A stretch of DNA of 64,000 nucleotides from Octopus sinensis (GCF_006345805.1 NC_043001.1:79794001-79858000), one strand, 5' to 3'. Positions 40,245-54,391 are shown, counted from the first letter of the stretch. Notes: generated by a model not told the origin, from the letters alone. Numbers and translations are program-made.

Positions 40245-40880
40245 AGACTAACTAGATTTGCGATAGCAGACATATTCTGGAAATTCGGTCACTCGAGTAC
40301 TAGATTGTGTATTTCTCTGGCGTCTCTCCTAGAGGTAAGACGAAATTTTTTTGTGTTCGTCGCCAGCACACATTTTTGCCTCTGTATATTCAGTGAAGCT
40401 TTATATAGCGTCGCACAGTTATCGACTACTCATTCCAGCAAACATTGGTGTCTGGTTGTACCACTATTTCCTATTTAAATTGAACCTTTACAGTGCTTAT
40501 CGCTGGAAAATATTACTATTGTATTGTAATATTTTTTATAATTTTTTCTTATATAAAACTATTACTGATTTCGGTTCTTCCTATGTCTTGGGCTATCAGC
40601 CGAATGTATAGCCATTGATGTAGCGGATATTTTAAATTTTGTCTTAGTGAACCTACCTGACGAAGACTAGCCAGATTTGCGATAACAAACATATTCTGGA
40701 AAGTTCGAAACTCGACTACTAGGTTGTCCATTTCTCTGGCGTCTCTCCTAGAGGTAAGAAATGTTTGCCGCCCGCATATAACTTTGCCTCTATAGATTCA
40801 GTGAAGCTTTACATAGCGTCGTACGGTTATGAACTGCTACTTCCAGCAAACATTGGTGTCTTGTTGTGCCAATATTTCCT
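40245..40880 (+). repeat. Diverged direct repeat (~410-420-bp period), Penelope-pLTR-like
   Basis: aagact...gatttgcgata...atattctggaaa...ctcga.tactag.tt...ctctcctagaggtaaga...ccagcaaacattggtgtc at 40245-40472 and 40664-40880. Confidence 0.8.
40650..40725 (+). ncRNA. Decayed type I hammerhead ribozyme motif (family 2)
   Basis: AACCTA c CTGACGA A GACT...AGTTC GAAA CTCGAC TA c TAGGTT. The sibling copy retains the palindrome ACTCGAGT followed by A at 40291-40299. Confidence 0.6.
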
Positions 40881-40889
40881 TTTGACCCG

Positions 40890-41190
40890 ATCAGTTGATC
40901 CAGTTGATCCAATCAGTAATACAGCTTGCTCATGAGACTAACGTGCAAGAGGTTGAGTACTCCACAGACACGGGTACCTTTAACGTAGTTAACTGAGAAA
41001 TTTAGCGTGACACAGACTGTGACAAGGCTGGGCCTTTTGAAATACCGGTACTACTCTTTTTGCCAGCTGAGTGGACTGGAGCAACGTGAAATGACGTGTC
41101 TTGCTCAAGGACACAACGCGTAGCCGGGAATTGAACACACGACCTTACGATCGTGAGCCGAATGACCTAACCCCTAAATTACGCTCCTTC
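40890..41190 (-). mobile_element. SINE family C
   Basis: gtgtcttgctcaaggacacaacgcgtagccgggaattgaac...ttacgatcgtgagccgaat is the reverse complement of the family C head. Confidence 0.85.
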
Positions 41191-42559
41191 ACAGCCACGC
41201 GCCTTCACACAGACGCACACACACACACACACACACACTCACATATGCACATAAACAATGAAAGTGGCTAGACGCAATATTAAACCTAAATGAAAAACGT
41301 CAACTGTCACTTATAGTGAATGAGAGTGCAAGGTAGCATTTATATTGCTCGAAACAAAAGTCAAAGGTCTTTATAGCAACAAAAAGCACATTCTATGTAC
41401 TGAGAGGGAAGATAACCGCCTGTCCCTCGGCGTGTGAGATCACTATACTAGCAAGCTAGTTACGCTTGGAATTAAAACTCATCAGTAGTGATTACTCCAT
41501 ATCTTATGGTTAAGCAAAGTCCTACCTGTCTGTATATAGTATATACCATATGAATCAATGGCTGACCTAAGTTTCTCCTTTAGTCTTGTCAGGCAACTGA
41601 TGGTAACCCCTATAGGCATTACATTGTTTATAAGAACATTTTACCGTATTTTCTGGTATATAAGACGACGTAATATATAATATAAGCATGTAGTGTAAAC
41701 ATTCAAACATTGTTGCTATCTTTCCAAATCCTACTGCATCAAATGGATTTTTGGGGATTTGCAAAAGTTGTTTTGATGTATAAGTCGACCTACAAGTTTT
41801 CTTTTTTTTTTTTACATTGGTGCTGTAAATTTTCGTCTGAAAAATTCGACGTGCATGCCGAGAAAGGGAATATTAAAAAAAAAAAAAGACTACTAAACAA
41901 GAACTTTCAAAAGCCTAAAACAACAAAATACGAATTATCAAAAATAGGAAAAGCAGAACACAGCCGACAACGTAAGTATGGACATATATTAATGGCAGCA
42001 ATTATGTTTTTATATTTTGTTAAAGCGCTTTGTGAATGTTAGTAATGCTTTCCAATAAATTCTTATAAATTGAATAAGGCGTGTTGTGAGTCATGGCTAT
42101 AAAAGAGAACAAATTAATTGACATGCTTGGATTCGTGGGGCGTGTTATCCTGTTGCCGATATAGCCTTCTGACTAGTTGACGCATGTGGGCTCTCATGAT
42201 CATAAAACAGAGTAAGCCATGGGGCGTGCGTGGGTCCGCAGAACGTGTTATGCTGTTGGCAATGAAGCCTTGTGAGTAGTTGACGTATATAGGCTATCGT
42301 GACCATAAAAGAGACAGAAATATATCTAGTGTGCGTGGTTGCATGTATGAAAAAAAAAAAAAAGAGGCAGTGAAGCAATAAGGTAACTTGATATCATGAG
42401 AAATAAGATACCGTAAAATAAAATAACTTGAGAAAGTGTAAATGAAGGCAAGTGCTATAAGATAAAATCGAAAATGGAGACGTAAACTGTTTTAAAATGA
42501 TGAAGGGTGATTTAATTAGGAAGGAGATTTCGAAAACGCACATTCACTCACACGCACAA

Positions 42560-42598
<39 letters not shown>

Positions 42599-42626
42599 AC
42601 ACACACACACACATACTGTCCAGCTA

Positions 42627-42967
42627 TATGGTTCCGGGGGGTTCAATCCCACTGCATGGCACCTTGGGCGACTGTCTTCTACTATAGTCTCGGGCCGACC
42701 AAAACCTTTTGAGTAGATTTGGTAGAAGGAAACTGAAGGAAGACCGTCATATGTATATATATATGCATATATCTAAGTGCGTGTGTCTGTGTGTCGTTAT
42801 TTGCACCCCATCAACGCTTGACAATTGTTGTTGGTTTGTTTACATCTCCGTAACTTAGGGGTTCGGAAAAAGAGACCGATAGAATTAGTACCAGGCTTCT
42901 AAAATAAGTCTTTCAAAGCGGTGCACCAGTATGGCCGCAGTTAAATAACTGAAACAAATTAAAGAAT
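42627..42967 (+). mobile_element. SINE family A
   Basis: atggttccgggg..ttcaatcccactgcatggcaccttgggc...ctactatagtctcgggccgacc...gatagaattagtaccaggc. Confidence 0.8.
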
Positions 42968-43113
42968 ACAAGAGGAGACATCGATTATGGTCAAATTTAA
43001 TACAATTAAAAATATCTAATGACTATTAATTATGCCTTGTCTTGAATATCACTCTGTGTAAAACCAGTATAACTGGAACACAACCATGGATTTACAATAT
43101 ACATCAAATGAAC

Positions 43114-43305
43114 AAGGCGGTGAGCTAGCAGAAACGTTAGCATGCCGGGCGAAATGCTTAGCACTATTTCATCTGTCTTTACGTCCTGAGTTCAAATTCC
43201 GCCGACGTCGACTTTTTCTTTCATCTTTTCAGGGTCGATAAATTAAGTACCAGTTGCGTACTGGAGTGGATCTAATCGACTGATCACCCCTCTCCCAAAT
43301 TTTCA
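43114..43305 (+). mobile_element. SINE family B
   Basis: aaggcggtgagctagcagaaacgttagcatgccgggcgaaatgcttagc...gagttcaaattccgccga. Confidence 0.85.
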
Positions 43306-43328
43306 GGATATCCTGCACACACACATGC

Positions 43329-43360
<32 letters not shown>

Positions 43361-43637
43361 GCTTGTGTGTGTACATATATGTGTATGTGTATATATATAT
43401 ATATATGTGTGTGTGTGCGTGTGTGTGTGTGTGGTGTACGTGTGTGTGTTTGTGTATCTTTGAAATTCGTTTATGGTATCGTACGTAGTATAAATATAAA
43501 GCTCCTATTTCATTATGCCGACTACCATCTAATGATATAAAATCAATTTTTCAGTGTTGCATCAAGGTTATACCGATATAATGTGGGATAAATATAATAA
43601 CAATAATTCTTGGAGAGAATTTATAAACATTTGATAA

Positions 43638-44134
43638 ATCGCTACACGCGTTTCCGCAAATCACATGATTTTGACATCAAAGCCGGTATCCTTGGGAAGA
43701 GTTCAGTATTGTTCATATCATCCGTGGGCACCCAGTTGATCATCGTCAAATTATTGAGGAGAATCACTTCTTCAATGAAATAGAACAAAGAGATGTACTA
43801 CCACCCTTAAATCTTCTGAATGAATGACGATCCCTAAAATCTGAAGAATGAACAGCGAATAAACCCAGCACAGCCACACATGCTTCCATCCCCATATTAC
43901 TACCATCACCTATCTCTTTCTACATACAGAAACACCCACATAGCAAGATTGACTTTCATGTTGCCAAGAAGAGAAACATATCCCTCTATGATACATCCAA
44001 TAATATAGTATCGCCTGATGAAATGAATCAATACTGATCATCAACCGGATGCCCATGGACTATACTGTACCCATCCCAAGGATAACGGCCGTGATGTCAA
44101 AATCATGTGATTTATGGAAACGCGCGTAGTGATG
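43638..44134. repeat. Imperfect inverted repeat (~105-bp arms, ~290-bp spacer)
   Basis: 43638-43745 (atcgctacacgcgtttccgcaaatcacatgattttgacatca...ttgatcatc) is the diverged reverse complement of 44035-44133. Confidence 0.85.
44009..44134 (+). ncRNA. Type I hammerhead ribozyme motif with long domain II (family 3)
   Basis: ATCGC(44010-14) CTGATGA(44015-21) A ATGAATCA...TGATTTAT G GAAA(44117-20) CGCGCG TA GTGAT(44129-33). Stem III is the palindrome ACGCGCGT and the triplet is GUA. Confidence 0.75.
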
Positions 44135-44281
44135 TATGAAATATTTAGAAATTGCATGCTAGAATTATTATTATGTGTGTGTTGGTTGTTTGTGAGTGTG
44201 TGTGTGTGTGTGTTTAGATATAGATATATACATATAAAGGTATATATATGTATATATAATATATAAATATGTATATGTATA

Positions 44282-44328
<47 letters not shown>

Positions 44329-44409
44329 ATGTGATGTATATGTATATACTCGTGTATCTAAATATATGTATACACATATATATGTAGATATGTATTATGT
44401 TGTATATAT

Positions 44410-44451
<42 letters not shown>

Positions 44452-44758
44452 AGTATATATATGTATGTATATATATATATAAACATTTGACATATATATA
44501 CGTATATATATATGTATATGTATATAAAATATGTGTTTGGATGTGTCTGTGTGTGTGTGTGTGTTTATGTGTACAATAACTATTTGCGACCCCACCCAAG
44601 TTCCTCAAAACGTAGTCCTGAACATCAAGCTAACATGAAACCGATTGAGTCAATTAATATGATTACAAATCAACTTGTACACTCTTTGTGTATTCTCAAG
44701 TTGTTTCATTTCATCCTCTCTCTCTCTCTCCACACACACACGCACACTTAAACACACA

Positions 44759-44829
<71 letters not shown>

Positions 44830-46370
44830 CGTGCATATGTCTATGTATATATATTAACTTATACACATATAGATATATATTATGTATGCATAAATTGTAT
44901 TAATAATCATGCGTCTAATATATATACAAATATGTGTGTGTGTTTCTATAATTCATTTTTGTTATATATATCTACACAATTTGGCAGTATTGAGTACTCC
45001 TTGGTCTGCCTACTACATTTCATAGAAATAATAACGTTGAATTGCTTCACACACTAACCTACACACGCTTACACGAGTGCATACATAAATCTATCTATAT
45101 ATATGTATCTAGCTATCTATCCATCTACATATATATATATATACATATACATATACAAAATATATATATTTCTGTAATTGTGTCTATGTACGTGTCTGTC
45201 TGCTAGAGCGTGATTTTCTTTGATTGCAAATAATCTTATATCGCTTCATATTTTTTTTCATAATTCCACTTTAATTTCAAATGTAACCCACTAGTAACAA
45301 TTTCTTGTCTGTTTATTTTAAAAAGTATTAAGTTTTTCTCCTGCCGTCGATACGTCTAAGAGATATTTCAACATACTTGAGACATCATATATAGTCTTAA
45401 AAATCATACTTTTTTGGCTGAAAACTCTTGGTATTAGTCTCCTTATGCATCAATTAATCGGATCTTCTTATATCATTTAAACTTCATAAGCTGATATATC
45501 TGTATCACTATAAAAATACTTATATTAATATTTCCGGTGTCGATGATAATTTCATTCATAGGCAAATAAAACTTTTCTACCTATTTATTTTGGCAAAAAT
45601 GATTTTTTCGGTAAAATGTATATATTCCCTCGTAGAAAAAGAAATGTAGGATAAGAACCAAAATAATTTGTCTATTTTGCACAATTTTATTCAGTTCCAT
45701 TCAGAAGTGACTTGATATATATCTAGTATGTGGTAGCGCTTAAAATCACTTTGAACTGTGGTAAACTTTCAACCCGTCTGATTTCTATTGCTACGTACTT
45801 GTAAATTTATATTCAGATTTTTTGAAAAATAAGTTCAAAACGGTATTGATGAGATTTTATTGATTGAAACATATATGGAATTAGAATATTGGATCTCACT
45901 AACACAGACACACACACAAACGCACACACACGCACATATATATATATATATATATGTTAGACTAAGCATACTACTGTTTGCCGGTTATGGAAATTTGTTT
46001 ATCAAAATTTGAAGAAAATAATTATCATAAAATTTATCTTCGCGATCGGAAAATATGAGTAAGGGTTAACTCGGGTGCATTTCAAATGTGTGTGCGTATA
46101 TATTTGTATATATATCTGTGTGTGCGCGCGCGTGTTCTATGAGTATACATAAGTATATATTTATATAAAAGTATTTGAATATATATATTCAAATATACGT
46201 TTATATACATATATATATAATATATATATATATATATGATAATATATATAATTAATATATCTGATAGCTCTGTATCGGCAAGACTTAAAAAAGTATGGAA
46301 AAAAGTGAGGAATATCCAACGTTTCTGGTTCAATCCTTCGTTCACTGTACCCCTTTCACTTTTTCTATAT

Positions 46371-46453
<83 letters not shown>

Positions 46454-46459
46454 ATATAT

Positions 46460-46620
46460 TTTATATCTATTTTCTCTCCCTCTTTATTTCTGTTACTTTC
46501 TGTCGAAGAGCGTAGGCTCGAAATGTAAAATACCTTCTCACTTTCCGAGCGCTAAACTAATACATCTGTTTGTTGTTTACACACCCGTGTTCATCTATTT
46601 TTTTTTAATTCTCACTATAA
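46460..46620 (+). mobile_element. Short Penelope-pLTR-like element with HHR-like core (family 4)
   Basis: ttt CTGTCGA A GAGC gtag GCTC GAAA TG TA aaa at 46497-46530. The A6 position is T. Homologous to 9446-9608 in reverse orientation. Confidence 0.6.
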
Positions 46621-46623
46621 ATA

Positions 46624-47833
46624 TTTGGTTGGTGTAAAGGTAATGGCTCAGCTGACTTTTTAGAAAACGTTTTAGATAGCATATTTTAAAAATTTTACCC
46701 CTTGGAATATTTTATGAATGTCACAATGAGTAATTTATACATTTTTCTTTCGGATTCTGATTGTATTGGCTATAATCCTCCGCTATAGTCGCACCCATGT
46801 TCGTCCCATCTAAAGTTCACATTAGACATGTCTTACTCTATGAGTTTTATAAAGGTGTCGATGCAAGCACAGCAGCAAAGTCTGTCGAGTGAGTTTATGG
46901 TGGTGATGCAGTGAGTGAAAAAAATTGCAGGAGATAGCTTTCTCACTTCAGAAGCGGGGATTTGAGTTTGAAAGATTAGCCAAAAGAAGCTCATTCAAAA
47001 GACCTTGATTCCAAAGAATTGGAAGGTGTTGTAAGAGAAAATCCAATCGCTAATTATAGGGAACTTGAAGAACAGTTTAACTTGGCCCATAAAACTTTTC
47101 TACACCAACTGAAAAGGATCGGAAGGGTTTCAGTGGTTGGGAAATGGGCCCCGCCGAACTGTCTCCATAGAATATGCAACAGGGTATTGTTTGTTGTCAG
47201 TCGTTACTTTCACGACACCTTAAGGAACAAATTTTAGGAAAGCTTGTTACAGGTGATGAGAAGTGACTTCATCCAAGGAAGATCATGTTGAATGTATGGT
47301 GGGATATTGAAGGAATTGTCCATTAAGAATTGTTAGACAACACTCAAACAATTACTGCTAAACTCTATTGTGATCAACTTCATCGTTTGAAAGCTGCTTT
47401 GAACAGAAAGCGATCCTGCTTAGACAAGAGTGTCATCTTCCGCATGATAATGCTCGTCCACAACTGACTAAAGACCTCTTGGAAGAACTTGGTTGGGAAA
47501 TATTGCCTCATCCTCCATATTCTCCAGGCCTTGCTCCTTCTCAATATTCCTTGTTTCGGTGACGACAGAACCATTTGAATATTCTTAGGAGAAGACGGTG
47601 AAAATGAGTTGGATGCATATCAAGAGAAGAGGTTGAAAATGATTTGGGAACAGATTTCGTATCAAAAGCTAAACAATTTTATAAGTATGGCAGTTATAAG
47701 CTTGTTAACAAATCTAATGGAGTTCTAGAAAACAATGGCAATTATGTTAAGAAATAGATATTGCCTTAATCAAGGGCGTCTTCATTTTTAATAAAGATCT
47801 TAAAATCGTCCATTACCTTTTCACCAACCTGAG
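46624..47833 (+). mobile_element. Decayed mariner (Hsmar1/SETMAR-like) transposon with both TIRs
   Basis: Left TIR ttggttggtgtaaaggtaatgg (~46625) and right TIR ccattaccttttcaccaacctga (~47810-47832). Broken transposase: HIRHVLLYEF, GKWAP, LVTGDEK, KIMLNVWWDIEGIVH, HDNARP, LPHPPYSPGLAPS. Confidence 0.9.
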
Positions 47834-47862
47834 ATATATGTATGCTTCTATGTATATATATG

Positions 47863-47894
<32 letters not shown>

Positions 47895-47901
47895 ATATAT
47901 T

Positions 47902-47944
<43 letters not shown>

Positions 47945-48214
47945 TATATATATATTATATATTATATATAATATAATATATATATATATATATTATATAT
48001 ATATATGGATAGATAGATAGGCAGATATATATATATATATAAATGTATGTATATATACATACATATATATATATGGTAGTATATGTATGTATACACACAT
48101 ATATAATATATATGTATATATGTATATAGATAGCTAGATAGATATAGATATACACATATTATATAGGGCAAGATACATATATATAAACATATGTATTATA
48201 TATAATTATATATA

Positions 48215-48258
<44 letters not shown>

Positions 48259-48397
48259 GTGTGTGTATTTGTGCGTGTGTACGTATATATGCAAATATAC
48301 GCATGCATATATTTGTATACATACGTACATTAATATATAAACATACACACGACTCGCATATATATACAGATACACACACACACATACACACACACAT

Positions 48398-48443
<46 letters not shown>

Positions 48444-48544
48444 CAGGTATACGCACATGTATCTTTTCATAATATGTAAGTTTGTATGCATGCATGTATG
48501 TATGTATATATGTATCTATGAATATATGTATGTGTATATAAGTA

Positions 48545-50505
48545 ATATCAAGGCTACTTGTTCTCGAGCAATGCCATCGTTTGAATCATTTTAAAATCGG
48601 ACTCATGTTTCAGCACTTGCGTAACGTTATGGGCCGGCATGTGAGCAACACACACTGGCACAGATATTACAAACATTGATTACTCCGAACAACATGCTGG
48701 TCATCGTACGTTATCTTGTGTCATTACAAGTAATCTACTGATAAACAAACCATGCCGCATTCATTGCCTTTTGTTATGCTATGTGAGTCGCAATACAAAA
48801 CAACTCTCTCTACGTGGCTTCTTTAACTTTTCAATTCCGATCTGCTGAAGCAGCCACTCTCACATGGCATCGTAGGTAAGCTCACTCTGGTCATCAACAT
48901 TTCTTGGAAATATCCACAGCTTTTCTTAACATTCATATACAACTTTTCCTATTTGGAAGTCCTCAATTCAATAATCTATTACTTTCCTCCATCTTTTCCG
49001 ATCAGTTGTATTTTCTTCCCAGCCATTCTTCTGGGATGATATCTTTCATCAAAGATGTTGCTATGCAATCTTTGAATCTGAGTTAGTTTTATGTGTTTGA
49101 GGCTCTTCATTCCTCCGTTCATCATATAGGAGTTGCATCAGGGTTCTGCAGTCTTCCATTCTCACAAAATGACCAAATAATCGAGGTCGATACAGCAAGT
49201 TCTATGACTGTGACTTCTTTCGACGACCTCAACATCACTTGCCTATATTTTCCAATGAAGGCCCAAGGTATGACGTAGGCACTGCAGGTGGAAGCGCTCC
49301 AGCTGTTTCAGATGCTTTCGGTACATTACCCAAGTTTCACGAGCGTGCAACAGTAAGGATGAAACACATGTAATATAAATATTTGCTTTAGTATCAGTAG
49401 AGTGCCAGTTTTAGACCACTAACACTTTACCAACATTCGGAAAGCACCAACGGCTTTGTGGATTCTTAGCGTTATTTCATTCTCGAAGGTGCATAATTAT
49501 TCTACGAATTCTGCCAAGATACACAAACCTATCAGCAACTTGAAGCTTCTAAGAATACACTCTGATATCTGGTTCCCAATACAACCTTCCTGACACAGGC
49601 TAGTGTAGGAGTACAGCCTTTTTAAGACTCATCGTGAGGCCTAGAGCAAAACAAGAGTTAGAGGAGGACTCCATAATATGTGGCATCTCTTCTTCAGTGT
49701 GAGAAAAGAGACTACAGTCAACTGCATAGAGAAATGTTTTTAAGAATGAGGATATAACTTTTGAATCTCTACTGAGGTGTCATATCTTGAAACGTTTTCC
49801 CTACGAAAGCTGACATATATTTCATATGGATACTCACTGAAAGCCATTACAAACACCATCTGTCGATGGATCATTGCCTCGTTTGTCACTGTTATTCACA
49901 TCAATACGATCAGATATAGTTCCACCATTATTAACCCAGATCTCCAGGTTGTTATGGAATAGGCGAAGAATTGTCAGATACATATTGAAACCAGATTTCC
50001 TCAGTATCCTCAAAGAGCTCTCCGCTTATTGTATCAAACGCCTTTGTATGGCCACAAGAACTTGAAACAGATCCATTCTTTGTTCGGTGCAGTTTTGCAC
50101 GAAGTTACAAAACCGAGAGTATCATACCAATCGTACCTTTTCCTCTTCTAAATCCACGCTGAATTTTTGAAAAAACCTCATTTATAATGTACAAAAGCAG
50201 TCTATGGATCATAGTCATACACAAGACCATACCAGCAGCAGAAAGCCACGATATCTTTCGGTAGTTGCCACATTCCCCTTTCCACCCTTTCCTTGATATA
50301 GTATAACCATGGAAGTACCTTTCCAGTCTTCTGGTGGGCCTTCTCATCAGTCCAAATCTCCTCTAGTAGCGTGGTAAGTTGGTGTATTCTGTTCCGACTT
50401 CCACGCTTAAAAATCTCCACAAGCACACCTTCAAAGCCAGGCGACTTGCCGTTGTTCGGTTCATTAACAGCATATTTGACTTCTAATGATGAACATCTGC
50501 AAAAC
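48545..50505 (-). mobile_element. 5'-truncated decayed RTE-clade LINE (RT region)
   Basis: Minus strand gives GKSPGFEGVLVEIFK, LEEIW, ECGNYRKIS, QRGFRRGKGT and an eroded YADD (FLYAVDC) at ~49715-49735. Confidence 0.8.
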
Positions 50506-51485
50506 CATTTTTGTTAGGTCTACATGTTACTGATTTCTCGTTCCTACAACTTATTTTATTGTCTTGTATATTTTGTGTCCTTGTTTCTTGATGCGTTTTG
50601 GTGTAAAATATCGCAGCTTCATACACACGTTTGCAAAAAGATGAACACCGAATGCACATACAAACATAATCATACTTACACACACGTATACATATTTATG
50701 CGTGTGTTTATGTGTGTGTGTTCCTGTATGCGTATGTTTATTTTTGGTGTATTTGTGTATGCTTGTGTGTGTGTGTGTGTGTGTGTGTCTGTGTGTGTGT
50801 GTGCAAATAGATATTTCGAAAAGACGCTGGAGTTCTGTACAGTTTCTGCGCACTAATATATTACTGAACACATTTTTTTCACTACATGACACTTTCCCAA
50901 GGCAATACTTACAACTGGAACTAACCAATTAAAATTATAATTAATCCTTCACAGATTAGAACAATTAACTCACTGGCTAATTCTGTTAAAGAAAAGGGGA
51001 AATGAATATCTTTCACTAATTGAAAAAAAAAAGTTCCCTAAATTTTTATTGATTGAAATTAATTTAATATCCAATGCAGAGGGGAAATTAATCAGAAATG
51101 TAGCAACAGAGTGGCAACTAATAACGGGTTTCTACTGTATTAGTCCTGTTTTGGAAAAGATCATTTTAAGAGTTAGTGTAGTTCTCAGAGGATTCTATGC
51201 GTTGTATTAAATGATTACTAAGTTAGGAATTATCGTTAAATAGACCTGCATGCTCAGTCGGCAAGGCACGCAACACATATTCTTGGGGCCATAGGTTCGA
51301 TTGCCACGCTTGGACATTATACTTTTAAGGGGAAGGCATGACTGTGTAATCAAGAAACTCACTTTTTAAGAACGTGGTTATCAGTTCTCTCCAACTGTGC
51401 AGCACGCTGGTTGACCAAAGTCTTGTGAGTGAATTTAGTAGACAAAAACTGTACATGCTCGTTGTGTATTGGTATGTATGAATGT

Positions 51486-51579
<94 letters not shown>

Positions 51580-51811
51580 GTCTGTCTATCTATTTATATA
51601 TCTAGTTATATATTTCATATTCAACAGCTCTTACCCGAATTTACAATATATCTATATATATATGTATATATATTTATATATAAATACATATGTGTATAAT
51701 AAGGATGACCACTAGAATTTTCAGGTTTTTCTATTTGCTAGGCTAATGATTTTAAATTGATACTAATGAAATTAATATTCAATTTATTACCCTCATTATT
51801 TAAATGATATA

Positions 51812-51882
<71 letters not shown>

Positions 51883-52384
51883 GCATGCATGTATGTATGT
51901 ATGTATGTATGTATGTATGTATGTATGTATGTATGTATAGTAAATTCGGGTAAAACCCTCGTAATGTGCATTTAAGAGCCGTTATGTCCTTGGTTTGCTA
52001 GCGCAGGTTATCCTTCGGTAAGGTATATTCCAGGGCTGGATACACATGTGAAACTTCTCAGTGCATAAGATTAACACAAGGATAGAGAATATCAGGCTTT
52101 AATAGTAAATCACTATGATCTTGTGTTAAAGCTTGATATCTTGTATCCTAGACTTATATTATTCTTACATATATATAACAATAAGTCAGGGTACGATAAG
52201 TCAAGGTACCTGTTTGCTTGAAAGATGAGTTAAAATCCTGAAAACCACTCGTCTCTCACTATATGTAAACAAGCACGGAAAATGTAGCAAACATATCTTT
52301 TTATATATTTTGCTTATTTACTTAATATCTGCGGGCCACTTTATCATTATTTTTACAGACGATAACTTATTTGAATGATATATA

Positions 52385-52455
<71 letters not shown>

Positions 52456-52465
52456 TATATATATA

Positions 52466-52642
52466 ATTAATACACAAATATGAGAGAGAATCCACTATGT
52501 GGACGCTCTTACGCTAGAGATAGATCCGCAAGGGTCTCAACAACTAAGAATTATTCTCAAGAAAAATTTAGCACACTTGCGGATCTATCTCTAGCGTAAG
52601 AGCGTCCACATAGTGGATTCTCTCTCATATTTGTGTATTAAT
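52466..52642. repeat. Perfect inverted repeat, 67-bp arms, 43-nt spacer
   Basis: 52466-52532 is the reverse complement of 52576-52642. It directly follows a (TA)n tract. Confidence 0.95.
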
Positions 52643-53435
52643 AATATTTACTGAATCTCAGTCTTTTATGCGCTAGACCACTGGTGTTTAAATTGATGTT
52701 ATTAAATTGATATCCAATTTTTTCACACTCATGTTGACTTTAATTATATATATATATATGTATATATATATTTGTCTGTGTGTGTATATATGCTTATATG
52801 TATATGTATATATATAATGTATATAAATGCTCACACACACACGCTTGTATATTCACATAAATACATATGTATTTTTCTATATGTTCGTTTGTGTATGTTT
52901 GTGTCTGTGCTTGTTAACCCACCATTACCACCGCTTAATGTCATGTGTTAGTTCGTTTACGTCCTCGTAAAGATAGCATTTCAGCAAAACAGGCGGATAG
53001 ATGAAGTACTAAACTTTAAAAAAAAATCAATCCGCATCAATTGAGTGAGGTCAATTTGTTCGACTGAAACCCTTCAAGAAGGTGCTCCAGTATGGCCGCA
53101 GCTTTACAACTACTAAAAAAAACAAAGTAAAAGGTAGAAGATAACAAATACAAGAACGACTACTGTCTGAAAACTACATAGTCAAGTGGAGGCAAGCATC
53201 ATTTATTTTGCATATAGCTCCATATTCCAATATATTCACCCCATTAGGTATACGCGTACAAGTACACTTAGACAAACATGTGGCTGTGAGCTCCCATAAA
53301 AAAATAAGATGCATATTCATGTTGCCGTACGAATAGCGTAATTAGGGGAGCACAAAAGACGATATGCCATGCAAGCATGTTTATGCATATATATCAGATA
53401 GTCAAAGACGCATGGGTATATTTATTTTCATATAT

Positions 53436-53489
<54 letters not shown>

Positions 53490-53580
53490 TTGTGGGTATG
53501 TGTATGTGTGTATATAAGTATGCATGTGTGTATGTATGGATATACACATATATATGTATATGTGTATATATATATAGATG

Positions 53581-53644
<64 letters not shown>

Positions 53645-54360
53645 CTTTCTATGTATGGGCATCAGCATACTTATCACATAAACAAATATATATGTGTATA
53701 TGTGTATGCATGTATGTACATATATGTACTTATACATATATATATATACAAACACAAACACACACATATATAGAAACACACGCACATACATGTATATTTA
53801 TGCATGTATATGTATGTGTGTGTTTGTGTGTGTACTTTTTGTGTTTCTATGTGTGCACACACGCACACACACACAAGTATATTTTCTTACATACATATTC
53901 ATACACACATATTTATATACATATATGCGCAGCTGTTTGTGCTAACATGCCTTCCTCTTGTACTTTTCACCCCATTACATCAACACACACACACACACAC
54001 TCACACACACACATACATGAATACATAGCCCCGCATACATTCGCACAGCCATGCATACGTACATACAAGCGTACATATATACATGCATACATTCATACAT
54101 GCACGCATGCATACACATATTTACGAGCCATTATATACGCAGTGTTCCCTTAATCAAAAGAATCGGCCCCTATAGTTGCTTTAGCTCCAAAACCATGGAA
54201 TGTGCCTATGAGTCATAGGGATCTGTTGCTTCTTGTACAACAAAGGGGAAAGGGAATTTCTTTGCTGTGTTTGTAGGTTTGGTGATGATGGTGGTTGTAG
54301 CGGTAGTGGTGGTGGTGGTGGTGGTGGTGGCAATGGCGGCGGTGGTGTTGGTAGTGGTTG

Positions 54361-54391
<31 letters not shown>

